64,000 bases of DNA from a virus: positions 64,001 through 128,000 of the IMG/VR virus record IMGVR_UViG_3300015360_000024; one strand, given 5' to 3'. The notes under the pieces are model-generated. The model worked only from the letters and a program-made list of their open reading frames with translations. It was not told where the DNA came from and did no database searches. Both the position numbers and the translations under genes were made by a program. Of the stretch, positions 45,075-53,226 are shown in pieces. The stretch's first letter is position 1, and each line of letters begins with the position of its first letter.

Positions 45075-45802
45075 TGTCGAGTCATATCCTGTCCAAGGAT
45101 AACGCCAGGACCGGCGACGTCTGGCTGAGCGACTTCGATCGTGGCGTCATCACGACGCTTGGCGGGGTCGTGAACACGGTTGGAGATATGTACGTCGTCC
45201 AGATCTCTGGAGTGTCGGCACCGCCGGAGACCGGGAACATTGCGTTCGAAGGAATTCCGATTTACTTCGCTTTCCCGGATGAGGTGATCGATCCAAAGAT
45301 CCTTCCGTCGATTGTAGTTCGCAGGGATTCAATGGACCCGGCGATGAGTCGCTGGCACCTGGGAAACCAGCAGTACTTCATTCCAGCCCCTGGGTCTCAT
45401 CTCGTGACGTGGACGCATCCAATCACGGGTGAGGTATTTACCCTTGGATCTGACGCCTACGAGGATAAGGCACAGGCCGTACCTTTTGACATTCTCTACA
45501 CAATTCAGATTCGTGCCCGGTATCGCAACAATCTCAAGGTGGAGGCTATGGCGATGCTGAGACACACCTTGAAGAAGTACCCGCCGTACACGACGGTATA
45601 CATCAAGGACAGCTTGGGCGATCTCCGAAGCTACACGGCTTTCATGGAGACTCCGTCACCACTCGATACCAAGCCAGATGTTGCTGGTCGAGAGACGAAC
45701 TTCAACGTCACCCTCAGGGTTGAGGCTGAACTAGATCTGAACGATCCGGTTATCCGTCAGGCGCCTTCTGGAATGCCGACGTTCAACTACCTGCTTCCGT
45801 AG
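45074..45802 (+). CDS. tail terminator/sheath stabiliser (T4 gp15-like)
   Basis: IPIYFAFPDE, LPSIVVRRD, AVPFDILYTIQI; located upstream of the sheath. Confidence 0.65.
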   Translation: MSSHILSKDNARTGDVWLSDFDRGVITTLGGVVNTVGDMYVVQISGVSAPPETGNIAFEGIPIYFAFPDEVIDPKILPSIVVRRDSMDPAMSRWHLGNQQYFIPAPGSHLVTWTHPITGEVFTLGSDAYEDKAQAVPFDILYTIQIRARYRNNLKVEAMAMLRHTLKKYPPYTTVYIKDSLGDLRSYTAFMETPSPLDTKPDVAGRETNFNVTLRVEAELDLNDPVIRQAPSGMPTFNYLLP

Positions 45803-45823
45803 TAAAACCGAGAGGATGGCCAG

Positions 45824-46273
45824 ATGCCATGGATCTACAACCCAACCAGAGATGTTCTTCAAGTCACGCTCCAGGACGGGCTTCGTAACGGGTTCCTGCC
45901 GCGTAAGAAGATTTTCGTCCAGCTGGACAAGATGAGCGCAGAGGTATGGCGCCTGGTCCAGGCCGGGAAGCTTGTCAATATGGGTGGTGATCCAACTGTC
46001 CAGCCTTCTCAGGTTACCCAGGCAAAGGCAGATACGACTCCGCAGGTCCAGCCTTCGAAACCGGATACTTCCAGCACTCATCATTCAGCGGGTGCTAGGG
46101 TCGCCGTCGACTCATCAAGTGCTCTAGACGGCGAAAAAGAATCGAAAGCCGTTAAAAAGCAGGACGATGATCTCGAAAAAGCAACTTCCGTAAAGCCGGA
46201 AGCTGATCCGGATCTCAAGAAACACGACACCAAAACGGAAAAACGAAACGAGCGCTCTCGCAAGAGAACGTAA
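45824..46273 (+). CDS. hypothetical protein
   Basis: SD GAGAGG; 149 aa. Confidence 0.65.
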   Translation: MPWIYNPTRDVLQVTLQDGLRNGFLPRKKIFVQLDKMSAEVWRLVQAGKLVNMGGDPTVQPSQVTQAKADTTPQVQPSKPDTSSTHHSAGARVAVDSSSALDGEKESKAVKKQDDDLEKATSVKPEADPDLKKHDTKTEKRNERSRKRT

Positions 46274-46315
46274 GTATCGTTCGGAAGTTGCACCGACCAC
46301 TAGGGGAGACGAAAA

Positions 46316-49141
46316 ATGGCCGAGTTTCTCAGCCCAGGCATTTTCATCGAAGAAGTCAACACCAGTGGTCAGCAGGTGGAGGCCGTTGGCACGTCCACCA
46401 TGGCGACTGTTGGGTGGACCGAGCGTGGTCCAGTCGACACCGCAACGGTCGTGACAGGTATCGACGACTTCCAGAGGAAGTTCGGCGAGTACACCAATCA
46501 GTCCCGCGTTCCGATCTCCATCCAGGCGTTCTTCGTCAATAGCGGATCTCGGGCCTACGTCGTGCGTGTTGTCCCGACCGATTCGGTCGAGGGTGAGTCG
46601 TGCATCACGGATCTCGTCTCCGGCGAGACGATTACCGGCGCCGGCACTGGTATTAGCCCGCAGACGATGACCGATACGCTTCTCAACATCCCGGTCTTCA
46701 AGGGCTCGGTTGTCGTCAAGTGGCGGAATAACCCAGCCGGCACGATCGTGGCCGAGAATCCTGTCTTCGCTCCGGCCGAGGGCGAATCGCTGGTTGGTCC
46801 GTTCCTGGCCACGCTGGCCAACACGCCGATCATTGATGGCGCCATTACGATCAACTGGACCGAGGCCATTCAGGCTATCGGCACGCTGACGCTGACTGGT
46901 AACGCTCTTACTACCGAGACGGTCACCATCGGCGCCAAGACGTACACGTTCCAGACCGTTCTTACGAACGTCAATGGCAACGTGCTCATCGGCGGTACGG
47001 CGTCGGGTTCGCTCGATAATCTAATCGCTGCAATCACTCTGGGTACCGGGTCTGGCACCTTGTACGCGGCGGCGACCACGGCTCACCCGACGGTGCTTGC
47101 TGTGGCTGGTGCTGGCGACACAATGATTGCGTACGCGATCCTCGGTGGCGTTGCCGGCAATGCGATCACCACGACGCAGACGCTTACCAACGGCACGTGG
47201 GGCGGCGCGACCCTTGCTGGTGGCCTGGCTGCGGCGGCTCGCACGGCGACGATCACTGGCACGAGTACTCTCGGCGGCGCCAATGCGGCCCGCCTTTCGG
47301 CCGGTAGCATTAACCGTACGACTGGCGCTCTGAGCTTGACGTACGTGACTCGCACGATCGGCACCAATAACGGTCCCGGCACGAACTCCATCACGGTCGA
47401 CTACGATTCGGGTGGCGCTCTCCAGACGGTTACCGACAACGGCGCAGGCGCTTTTGCGGCTACGACAGCTGGCGGTACGACTGTTACTGGAACGATCGAC
47501 TACACCACTGGCGCTCTTTCGATCACGTTCACTGGTGGCACTGATCAGCCATACGCTGGCAATATCCTCGTCGCCGACTACAGGCACTGCCAGTGGGAGA
47601 TGACGGCATCGAACCCCGGTGCGTGGTCTGGTCGTCTGACCATGCGCATTGCTGGCAATGCGAGCTTCTTTACCTACGGCACGCAGGCGACTGCGGGCGT
47701 AGGCGAGTACTCGAAATTCAACGTCCAGGTTCTCCTGGAAAACACGTTGACGGGCGAGGACGAGATCAAGGAGACCTACGAAGAGGTCGTGTTCTCCGAC
47801 GCGGACGACGCGGTCTACTTCCCGAACATCCTGAACGACAATTCGGACTTCATCGAGGTTACGGACTCGGGCACGCTCGACGTTCCGGCGACCTTCAAGG
47901 GCGTTGATCGGAACCAGGTCATGGGGACTGGCGACAGCCTTCTGATGCTGTTTACCGGCACGCTGCTGAACTTCCCGATCGTCAAGACGTCGATTGTGAT
48001 CACGTACACGCCGATCGTCGGCGCGCTGCGTACGCTGGCTGTCGACGTCAACGGCAACATCACGGGCACTGGTCTGGATACGACCAAGACCAACAGCGTC
48101 AACTACACCACTGGTGTGTTCACACTGAACTTCCTCGGTGGCAACGATCGCCCGCTTACGACGACCACCATCGATGCGGCGTACATCTCGATGCCAGCGA
48201 CGTCGTTCGTGGACTACGTGTTCACGGGCGGATCTGACGGCACGCTGACCGGCGTCACGTTCGACCGTGGCGTCTTCACCAGCCCGGTTCTGACGGCATC
48301 CAAGCGTGGCATGTTCGCGCTGAGCCGCATCGACGAGGTGATGCAGCTCATCATCCCGGACTTCGCTGGCGATACCACGGTGGCTGGCGATCAGCTGGAC
48401 TACGCGGAGAGCCGCAAGGACATCTTCGTCATCCTGACCACGCCATCCGGCTTCGAGTCGCAGGAAACCGCTGACTACCGGGCGATCACGTTCAACAGGA
48501 AGTCGAAGTTCTCGGCCATGTACTGGCCGTGGATTAAGGTCACGGATCCGCTGAACTCGGCCAAGACGCTGACGGTCCCACCTCTGGGCTGGGTCGCTGG
48601 CGTGTACGCCCGCACGGATCAGTCGCGCAACGTCGGCAAGGCGCCAGGCGGTACGATCGATGGTGCGCTGCGCTTCCTGACTGGTCTAGAGCTGAAGCCC
48701 GACAAGGGCGACCGCGACCTGGTCTACCCGCTTCGCGTCAACCCATTGATCGACACGACTCAGACGGGTCTGGCGATCTGGGGTGTTCGGACGCTGTCGG
48801 CGACCAACGACGTGCTTCGGTACGTCAACGCGGTTCGTCTGTTCCAGTTCGTGGAGAAGTCGATCTTCAACTCGACGTTCAACTTCGTATTCGAGTCGAT
48901 CACCGCGAACCTGTACGGCCAGCTCAAGAGCGCCTGCGACAGCTTCCTGCTGAATCTCTACACGACAGGCCACTTCGCTGGAGATTCGCCGACCCAGGCG
49001 TTCTTCGTCATCTGCGACGAGACCAACAACCCTCCAGAGGTTGCGAACGCTGGACAGGTCGTCGTGGACATCGGTATTGCTCCCAACCGCCCGGGTGAGT
49101 TCATCCGGTTCCGGTTCAGCCAGAAGACGCTGACGGCGTAG
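46316..49141 (+). CDS. contractile tail sheath protein with large insertions
   Basis: FLSPGIFIEEV...VGWTERGP; C-terminal SAMYWPWIKV, PPLGWVAGVYARTD, VNPLI, YVNAVRLF, DETNNP, IAPNRPGEFI. Confidence 0.95.
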   Translation: MAEFLSPGIFIEEVNTSGQQVEAVGTSTMATVGWTERGPVDTATVVTGIDDFQRKFGEYTNQSRVPISIQAFFVNSGSRAYVVRVVPTDSVEGESCITDLVSGETITGAGTGISPQTMTDTLLNIPVFKGSVVVKWRNNPAGTIVAENPVFAPAEGESLVGPFLATLANTPIIDGAITINWTEAIQAIGTLTLTGNALTTETVTIGAKTYTFQTVLTNVNGNVLIGGTASGSLDNLIAAITLGTGSGTLYAAATTAHPTVLAVAGAGDTMIAYAILGGVAGNAITTTQTLTNGTWGGATLAGGLAAAARTATITGTSTLGGANAARLSAGSINRTTGALSLTYVTRTIGTNNGPGTNSITVDYDSGGALQTVTDNGAGAFAATTAGGTTVTGTIDYTTGALSITFTGGTDQPYAGNILVADYRHCQWEMTASNPGAWSGRLTMRIAGNASFFTYGTQATAGVGEYSKFNVQVLLENTLTGEDEIKETYEEVVFSDADDAVYFPNILNDNSDFIEVTDSGTLDVPATFKGVDRNQVMGTGDSLLMLFTGTLLNFPIVKTSIVITYTPIVGALRTLAVDVNGNITGTGLDTTKTNSVNYTTGVFTLNFLGGNDRPLTTTTIDAAYISMPATSFVDYVFTGGSDGTLTGVTFDRGVFTSPVLTASKRGMFALSRIDEVMQLIIPDFAGDTTVAGDQLDYAESRKDIFVILTTPSGFESQETADYRAITFNRKSKFSAMYWPWIKVTDPLNSAKTLTVPPLGWVAGVYARTDQSRNVGKAPGGTIDGALRFLTGLELKPDKGDRDLVYPLRVNPLIDTTQTGLAIWGVRTLSATNDVLRYVNAVRLFQFVEKSIFNSTFNFVFESITANLYGQLKSACDSFLLNLYTTGHFAGDSPTQAFFVICDETNNPPEVANAGQVVVDIGIAPNRPGEFIRFRFSQKTLTA

Positions 49142-49180
49142 CCAACGCCTCAACAATCCCCAGGTCAATAACTCGGAGGC

Positions 49181-49669
49181 ATGGATATGTCGGTATCAGT
49201 TCTCATCACGAATCTCACGGCCAACAAGGTCACCATCAACGAGCTGTACACCACCCTTGGTGCTGCTGGATCCGCGACGGCGGCGGTCACGATCTCGCGC
49301 TCTGTCGCCCAGCTCGACTCGATGCTGGAGTTAAAGGCCCTTGTTAACGCCGCGACGGTTAGCGTTGTTGCGACGAACTCTGCTGACAACGCAGATCTGC
49401 TCAGCATCCCGATGGAGCAGCACGGCGTTGTGCCGCTCGTCAGTGTTGCCGTGGCGACCGAGGTTCTATCGGTCGTTACCTTCGCTAAGCCGTTCCCGGC
49501 TGGCGTTGTTCCGGTTGTGACCGTCACGATCGACAAAAGCCTTGGTCTTCTATCGCTCGGTAACGCCTACGTTCAGTCGATTACCAACACCGGATGCACG
49601 ATCGCTCTAGTTGTGACGACGCTGCAGGCGGCTTCCACAGTTCAGTTGAACTGGCAGGCGAGCTACTAA
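49181..49669 (+). CDS. beta-rich virion accessory protein
   Basis: SD GGAGG; VVTFAKPFPAGVVPVVTVTI resembles fiber/lectin-like C-termini. Confidence 0.6.
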   Translation: MDMSVSVLITNLTANKVTINELYTTLGAAGSATAAVTISRSVAQLDSMLELKALVNAATVSVVATNSADNADLLSIPMEQHGVVPLVSVAVATEVLSVVTFAKPFPAGVVPVVTVTIDKSLGLLSLGNAYVQSITNTGCTIALVVTTLQAASTVQLNWQASY

Positions 49670-49687
49670 GCAACGCTATCTCCAGCG

Positions 49688-49696
49688 TGATATAGT
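49688..49696 (+). promoter_or_regulatory. extended -10 element upstream of the tube gene
   Basis: TG-a-TATAGT. Confidence 0.45.
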
Positions 49697-49727
49697 AGAT
49701 CTAAGAAATCGAACCTGAGAGGCGATC

Positions 49728-50282
49728 ATGGCCAGGCCAAAAAGCACCGACTTCCTGCACAACTTCCGGTTCCACGTGATCGTCACTGGGTTCGGTGGCG
49801 GCAACAATAACCAGTTGGGCAGTGCTGCAACGGACGGAACCGTGACCGCCGGCTTCAACACGTGTTCGACACCTGAGGCAACTCAGGAGGCTGTCGAGTA
49901 CCGCGAGGGTCACTACATCTACACGCAGAAGTACAGCGGTCTGCCGACCATCAGCGACATCTCTTTGTCGCGTGGTGTGGCCAAGGCCGATGGAACGTTC
50001 TGGCAGTGGATGAAGTCGGTCATCGAAGGCAATGAGGAGTATCGGGCGAACCTCAGCATCCTGCACTTCCATCGCGATTCGAAGCCGGCAACGTCGTCGA
50101 CTCCTGGTGCGCCGAACGTCCACCAGAAGGCGCTTGAGGCTGGATCAATCGAGTACAAGTGCCATGAGGCGTTCCCGATTCGTCACAAGGTTTCGTCGGA
50201 TCTCGACGCGACCGGCAGTGAGGTCTCGATCCAGGAACTCGACCTCGCCATCGAACACTTCGACGTCATCGAGCACACGTAA
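49728..50282 (+). CDS. tail tube protein (gp19 family)
   Basis: DFLHNFRFHV, AGFNTCS, EYREG, DISLSRGV, FWQW, DLDATGSEVSIQEL. Confidence 0.9.
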   Translation: MARPKSTDFLHNFRFHVIVTGFGGGNNNQLGSAATDGTVTAGFNTCSTPEATQEAVEYREGHYIYTQKYSGLPTISDISLSRGVAKADGTFWQWMKSVIEGNEEYRANLSILHFHRDSKPATSSTPGAPNVHQKALEAGSIEYKCHEAFPIRHKVSSDLDATGSEVSIQELDLAIEHFDVIEHT

Positions 50283-50309
50283 CCAGCTTGGTTCTGGTAC
50301 GCTTGCGCT

Positions 50310-51026
50310 GTGCCCCGTCGGCGTCTATTCGATGTGCTGCATAGCCACCTGTTTTGGGCGTTCGACGCGTCCAACTCGGGTGTGCCTGTGTTTAACCCGT
50401 TGTTTGGGTTCTCTAAGATCTCGGCACCGCAGATCAATGCCGAGATCGAGATGTTCAAGGACGGCACATTTATTTACAACCGGGCGGTTGTAAAGGGCGG
50501 GTCAGTTGGTCAGATCCTGTTCGAGCGAGCGACGTCGATGTTCGACGCCGATTTCTACGACTGGATCATGTTTACCTTGCACGGTAACAAGGACTTCGAA
50601 GAGGGTGGAACGCTTGGTAAGATTGCCAGCTTCCTGACCGGAAGCGGTCGATCTTCTCCGAGGCGCAGCCTGTTGATTGTTCAATTCACGAACATCAACA
50701 TTGCTGGCGGCGGCAGTGATCGTGACATCGCCTTGCGTGTTGCCGGCACGGCTGCGCTTGCAGCCATCACGGCTGGCTTGGCCAGCAGTAGTGTCGCCGG
50801 AGCTGCGATTGCCGGAGCTGCAGTTGGTGGTGCGGTTGCGTACGGCATCGGGCCGTTTGAGTTCGCCACCAGGATTCCGGCGCGTGCCTGGCTTCTTCAT
50901 GACTGCTTGCCAGTCAGATACAAGGCTGGCTCTGATTTCGATGCTGGAAATGCAGCGATCTCCCTCCAGGAGCTAGAGGTTCAGCCGGAACACATCGAGG
51001 AATTCTCGCTGGGAATCAAACCGTGA
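50310..51026 (+). CDS. second tube-family protein with a hydrophobic Gly/Ala insertion
   Basis: FGFSKISAP, ILFERA...DFYDW, CLPVRYKAGSDFDAGNAAISLQEL; insert VAGTAALAAITAG...VAYGIG. Confidence 0.8.
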   Translation: MPRRRLFDVLHSHLFWAFDASNSGVPVFNPLFGFSKISAPQINAEIEMFKDGTFIYNRAVVKGGSVGQILFERATSMFDADFYDWIMFTLHGNKDFEEGGTLGKIASFLTGSGRSSPRRSLLIVQFTNINIAGGGSDRDIALRVAGTAALAAITAGLASSSVAGAAIAGAAVGGAVAYGIGPFEFATRIPARAWLLHDCLPVRYKAGSDFDAGNAAISLQELEVQPEHIEEFSLGIKP

Positions 51027-51033
51027 GGCGCTG

Positions 51034-51258
51034 ATGCCAAGAGGTAACGACGAAATGCTTCAGATCCCTCTCAGCGACTCTGAGAGTCTGGACATCATCC
51101 GCTTGGAGGATATGACGGTGCTGATCGTCATATCTGAACGGCGAGGAGTTCAGCACAGGACGGTCGCCAAGATTGATGGCAATGCCGCCATTAAGATCGC
51201 CAAGTTCCTCGTTGGAATCAAGGGAGGCAAAGATGGATCCGAAGACGCCGGAGACTGA
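51034..51258 (+). CDS. hypothetical protein
   Basis: 74-aa ORF after a GAGG site. Confidence 0.55.
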   Translation: MPRGNDEMLQIPLSDSESLDIIRLEDMTVLIVISERRGVQHRTVAKIDGNAAIKIAKFLVGIKGGKDGSEDAGD

Positions 51259-51469
51259 CAACTGGAGCGTGGCGGATATCGCCGCAATGCTTACGGGCCG
51301 GGATGACCGGAACGCGTCGACGCCTTCCAGCTATGAACTGCCTGTCGAACTTAGCCCTGGATTCCATCCAGGTGAAGGTGAATACGTCATAGATCCAGAC
51401 TACATGGAGCTTTTGGGAATCACGGACCCAGCTGAACTTATTCAGCGCAAAGGATCTACCTCCAGGTAG
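51233..51469 (+). CDS. hypothetical acidic protein
   Basis: SD GGGAGG before ATG 51233. Confidence 0.55.
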   Translation: MDPKTPETDNWSVADIAAMLTGRDDRNASTPSSYELPVELSPGFHPGEGEYVIDPDYMELLGITDPAELIQRKGSTSR

Positions 51470-51481
51470 ACGTAGGATCCA

Positions 51482-51511
51482 TTGACACACGTAGCTTAGT
51501 AGAGGTAAACA
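51482..51511 (+). promoter_or_regulatory. possible promoter
   Basis: TTGACA-N18-TAAACA (imperfect -10). Confidence 0.4.
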
Positions 51512-51519
51512 GTTGGAGC

Positions 51520-52086
51520 GTGAACGATCGAAGATCTAGTTCAGCTCCAACGGCGGAGATTGCAGGCCTCTCCGATTGGAAGGCTAAAGTATTGGCTCGG
51601 GACGCCAAGGCCTGCGTCAATTGCAGCAGCGAGGACAAGGTTGCTGCCTGCTTCGTTGTTCCTGTTGAGGTTGGCGGCAACCTCCGGGTCAGTAACGGTG
51701 TGACCGTTTGTCGAGAGTGTAGGATCGCTGCTGAGAGCAGCCGTGTTCTTCCCCAGCGCATCGATAACAAGACACCGATCAACTTCCTCATCAGCGACGG
51801 CCTGCATAGGGTCGTCAATCAATACGTTCACAACGGGTCGAAGTTCGGTAGCGTGTCGGCGCTAATGAGGTCGATGATCTCGGCGTACATCACACAGCCT
51901 GAGCTGTACGAAGACCTCCAGAACTGGCAGGACGCTGGTTCCGATGTGAAGGTAAACGGCTGGGTCGACGGTCTCCAGTATCAGGTGTTCAAAGGGATGT
52001 GTCGGAACAAGGGTATCAGCTACACGGACGCCCTAAAGGCGTTGCTGCTCGTGGCTATTGACGGCTACGAGCCAGAAAAACACTAG
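51520..52086 (+). CDS. degenerate HNH zinc domain fused to two RHH-like segments
   Basis: KVLARDAKACVNC...VPVEVGG...NGVTVCREC with the catalytic His absent; PINFLISDGLH...SVSALMRSMI and VKVNGWVDGLQY...SYTDALKALL. Confidence 0.7.
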   Translation: MNDRRSSSAPTAEIAGLSDWKAKVLARDAKACVNCSSEDKVAACFVVPVEVGGNLRVSNGVTVCRECRIAAESSRVLPQRIDNKTPINFLISDGLHRVVNQYVHNGSKFGSVSALMRSMISAYITQPELYEDLQNWQDAGSDVKVNGWVDGLQYQVFKGMCRNKGISYTDALKALLLVAIDGYEPEKH

Positions 52087-52095
52087 GGGTTAGTA

Positions 52096-52872
52096 ATGGA
52101 TCCGCAGATTGAAATTCCAAAGGCGCCGATTGATTCGTACGAGCTTCCCTGCGGCCACGTGGACCAGGATGGCGGCGTGCATACGCTGGTGACTGTTCGC
52201 GAGATGACTGGCGAGGACGAAGAAATCCTCGCGGCTCGCAACATGCCGACCACGAAGAAGATCAACAAGATCTTGACTCGCTGCACGGAGTCCATCGGTC
52301 CGTTCAGTGGCCAGGCGCTACAGTTCATTATCCCCGAGCTGACACAGGGCGACCGCATCTACTTGCTTATGGCGATTCGTCGCGCATCCCTCGGCGACGA
52401 GATGCCGTTCCAGACGACGTGCCCATCGTGCAAGGAGGAGGCTCGGTTCATCGTCGATCTCAACGATCTTGAGACCAAGAAGATGGCGAACCCAGCGCTT
52501 CGCCACTACGACGTCGTGCTACCGAAGTCCAAGCACAAGGTTCGGATGAAGGTGTTGACCGGCAAGGGCGAGGAGGCGATTAGTAAGGCCGCCATCAAGG
52601 GCCAGGACATCATCTCGACGGCGATCTTTGCTCGCATCGAGTCGATGAACGACAAGCCAGTTACCATTCCGGATCTGAAAGGTCTTGCGTTGAGCGACCG
52701 CAACTTCCTGCGTGGGGCATGGGAGGAACACGAAGGCGGCGTGGATACCGAGATCCAGGTGGACTGCCCGAGCTGCGGTGTTGCTTACGAAAGTGAGTTG
52801 GACATTTCCCAGCAAGGTTTTTTCAACCCCTCGGCAACATTGAGCAACTGGAAGAAGAAATATTCTTTCTGA
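52096..52872 (+). CDS. tail/baseplate hub assembly chaperone (T4 gp26-like)
   Basis: YELPCG, REMTGEDEEIL, LTQGDRIYLLMAIRRASLG, TCPSC, VDCPSC; lies before the tape measure gene. Confidence 0.8.
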   Translation: MDPQIEIPKAPIDSYELPCGHVDQDGGVHTLVTVREMTGEDEEILAARNMPTTKKINKILTRCTESIGPFSGQALQFIIPELTQGDRIYLLMAIRRASLGDEMPFQTTCPSCKEEARFIVDLNDLETKKMANPALRHYDVVLPKSKHKVRMKVLTGKGEEAISKAAIKGQDIISTAIFARIESMNDKPVTIPDLKGLALSDRNFLRGAWEEHEGGVDTEIQVDCPSCGVAYESELDISQQGFFNPSATLSNWKKKYSF

Positions 52873-53009
52873 TGGAATGCTGGCGGGGGCTTGGTCGCAG
52901 GGAGATCTTGGACTGGCCATCAACCTTCAGGATTAGAATGATCCTCAAGAAGTCAGATCTAGAGAAAGAGCGGCAGCGTAGAGAGGAACGAGCCGGAAGA
53001 CGGAGATGA
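52818..53009 (+). CDS. -1-frame extension of the chaperone (gpGT/gp51-like)
   Basis: Slippery T TTT TTC at 52818-52824; -1 frame reads FFQPLGNIEQLEEEIFFLMECWRGLGRREILDWPSTFRIRMILKKSDLEKERQRREERAGRRR*. Confidence 0.7.
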   Translation, partial: FFQPLGNIEQLEEEIFFLMECWRGLGRREILDWPSTFRIRMILKKSDLEKERQRREERAGRRR

Positions 53010-53013
53010 GCCG

Positions 53014-53027
53014 CGCAAGTGCTTGCG
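53014..53027. promoter_or_regulatory. CGCAA-GTGC-TTGCG operator-like palindrome
   Basis: 19 nt (53009-53027) identical to 2236-2254. Confidence 0.6.
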
Positions 53028-53226
53028 TTGCAGATGGGGTGCTGGGTTGATCTCCGCACCCCATTGCCTTATGGGGTCGGTGGTGAAGATCTTCGTATTT
53101 TTGTAGAGTAAGCCGATGATGATGCCTGCAGATACCCACCGTACTTCGAGCATGGCGGTTGACCGCTGCGCTTCATCGGTGAATCTTTGGGTTTATTCTG
53201 TTTCAACCAAGGATATCAGGTAGTTT

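Noticed and set aside
854-51480. RGATCY sites frequently seen in intergenic and promoter regions
   Set aside because: GATC is abundant throughout coding regions (e.g. AAG-ATC codon pairs); enrichment cannot be shown without counting
52959-53153. 64-aa minus-strand ORF in the gap before the tape-measure gene
   Set aside because: No SD or clear promoter, overlaps the -1 chaperone extension, no recognisable motif; not excluded but unsupported
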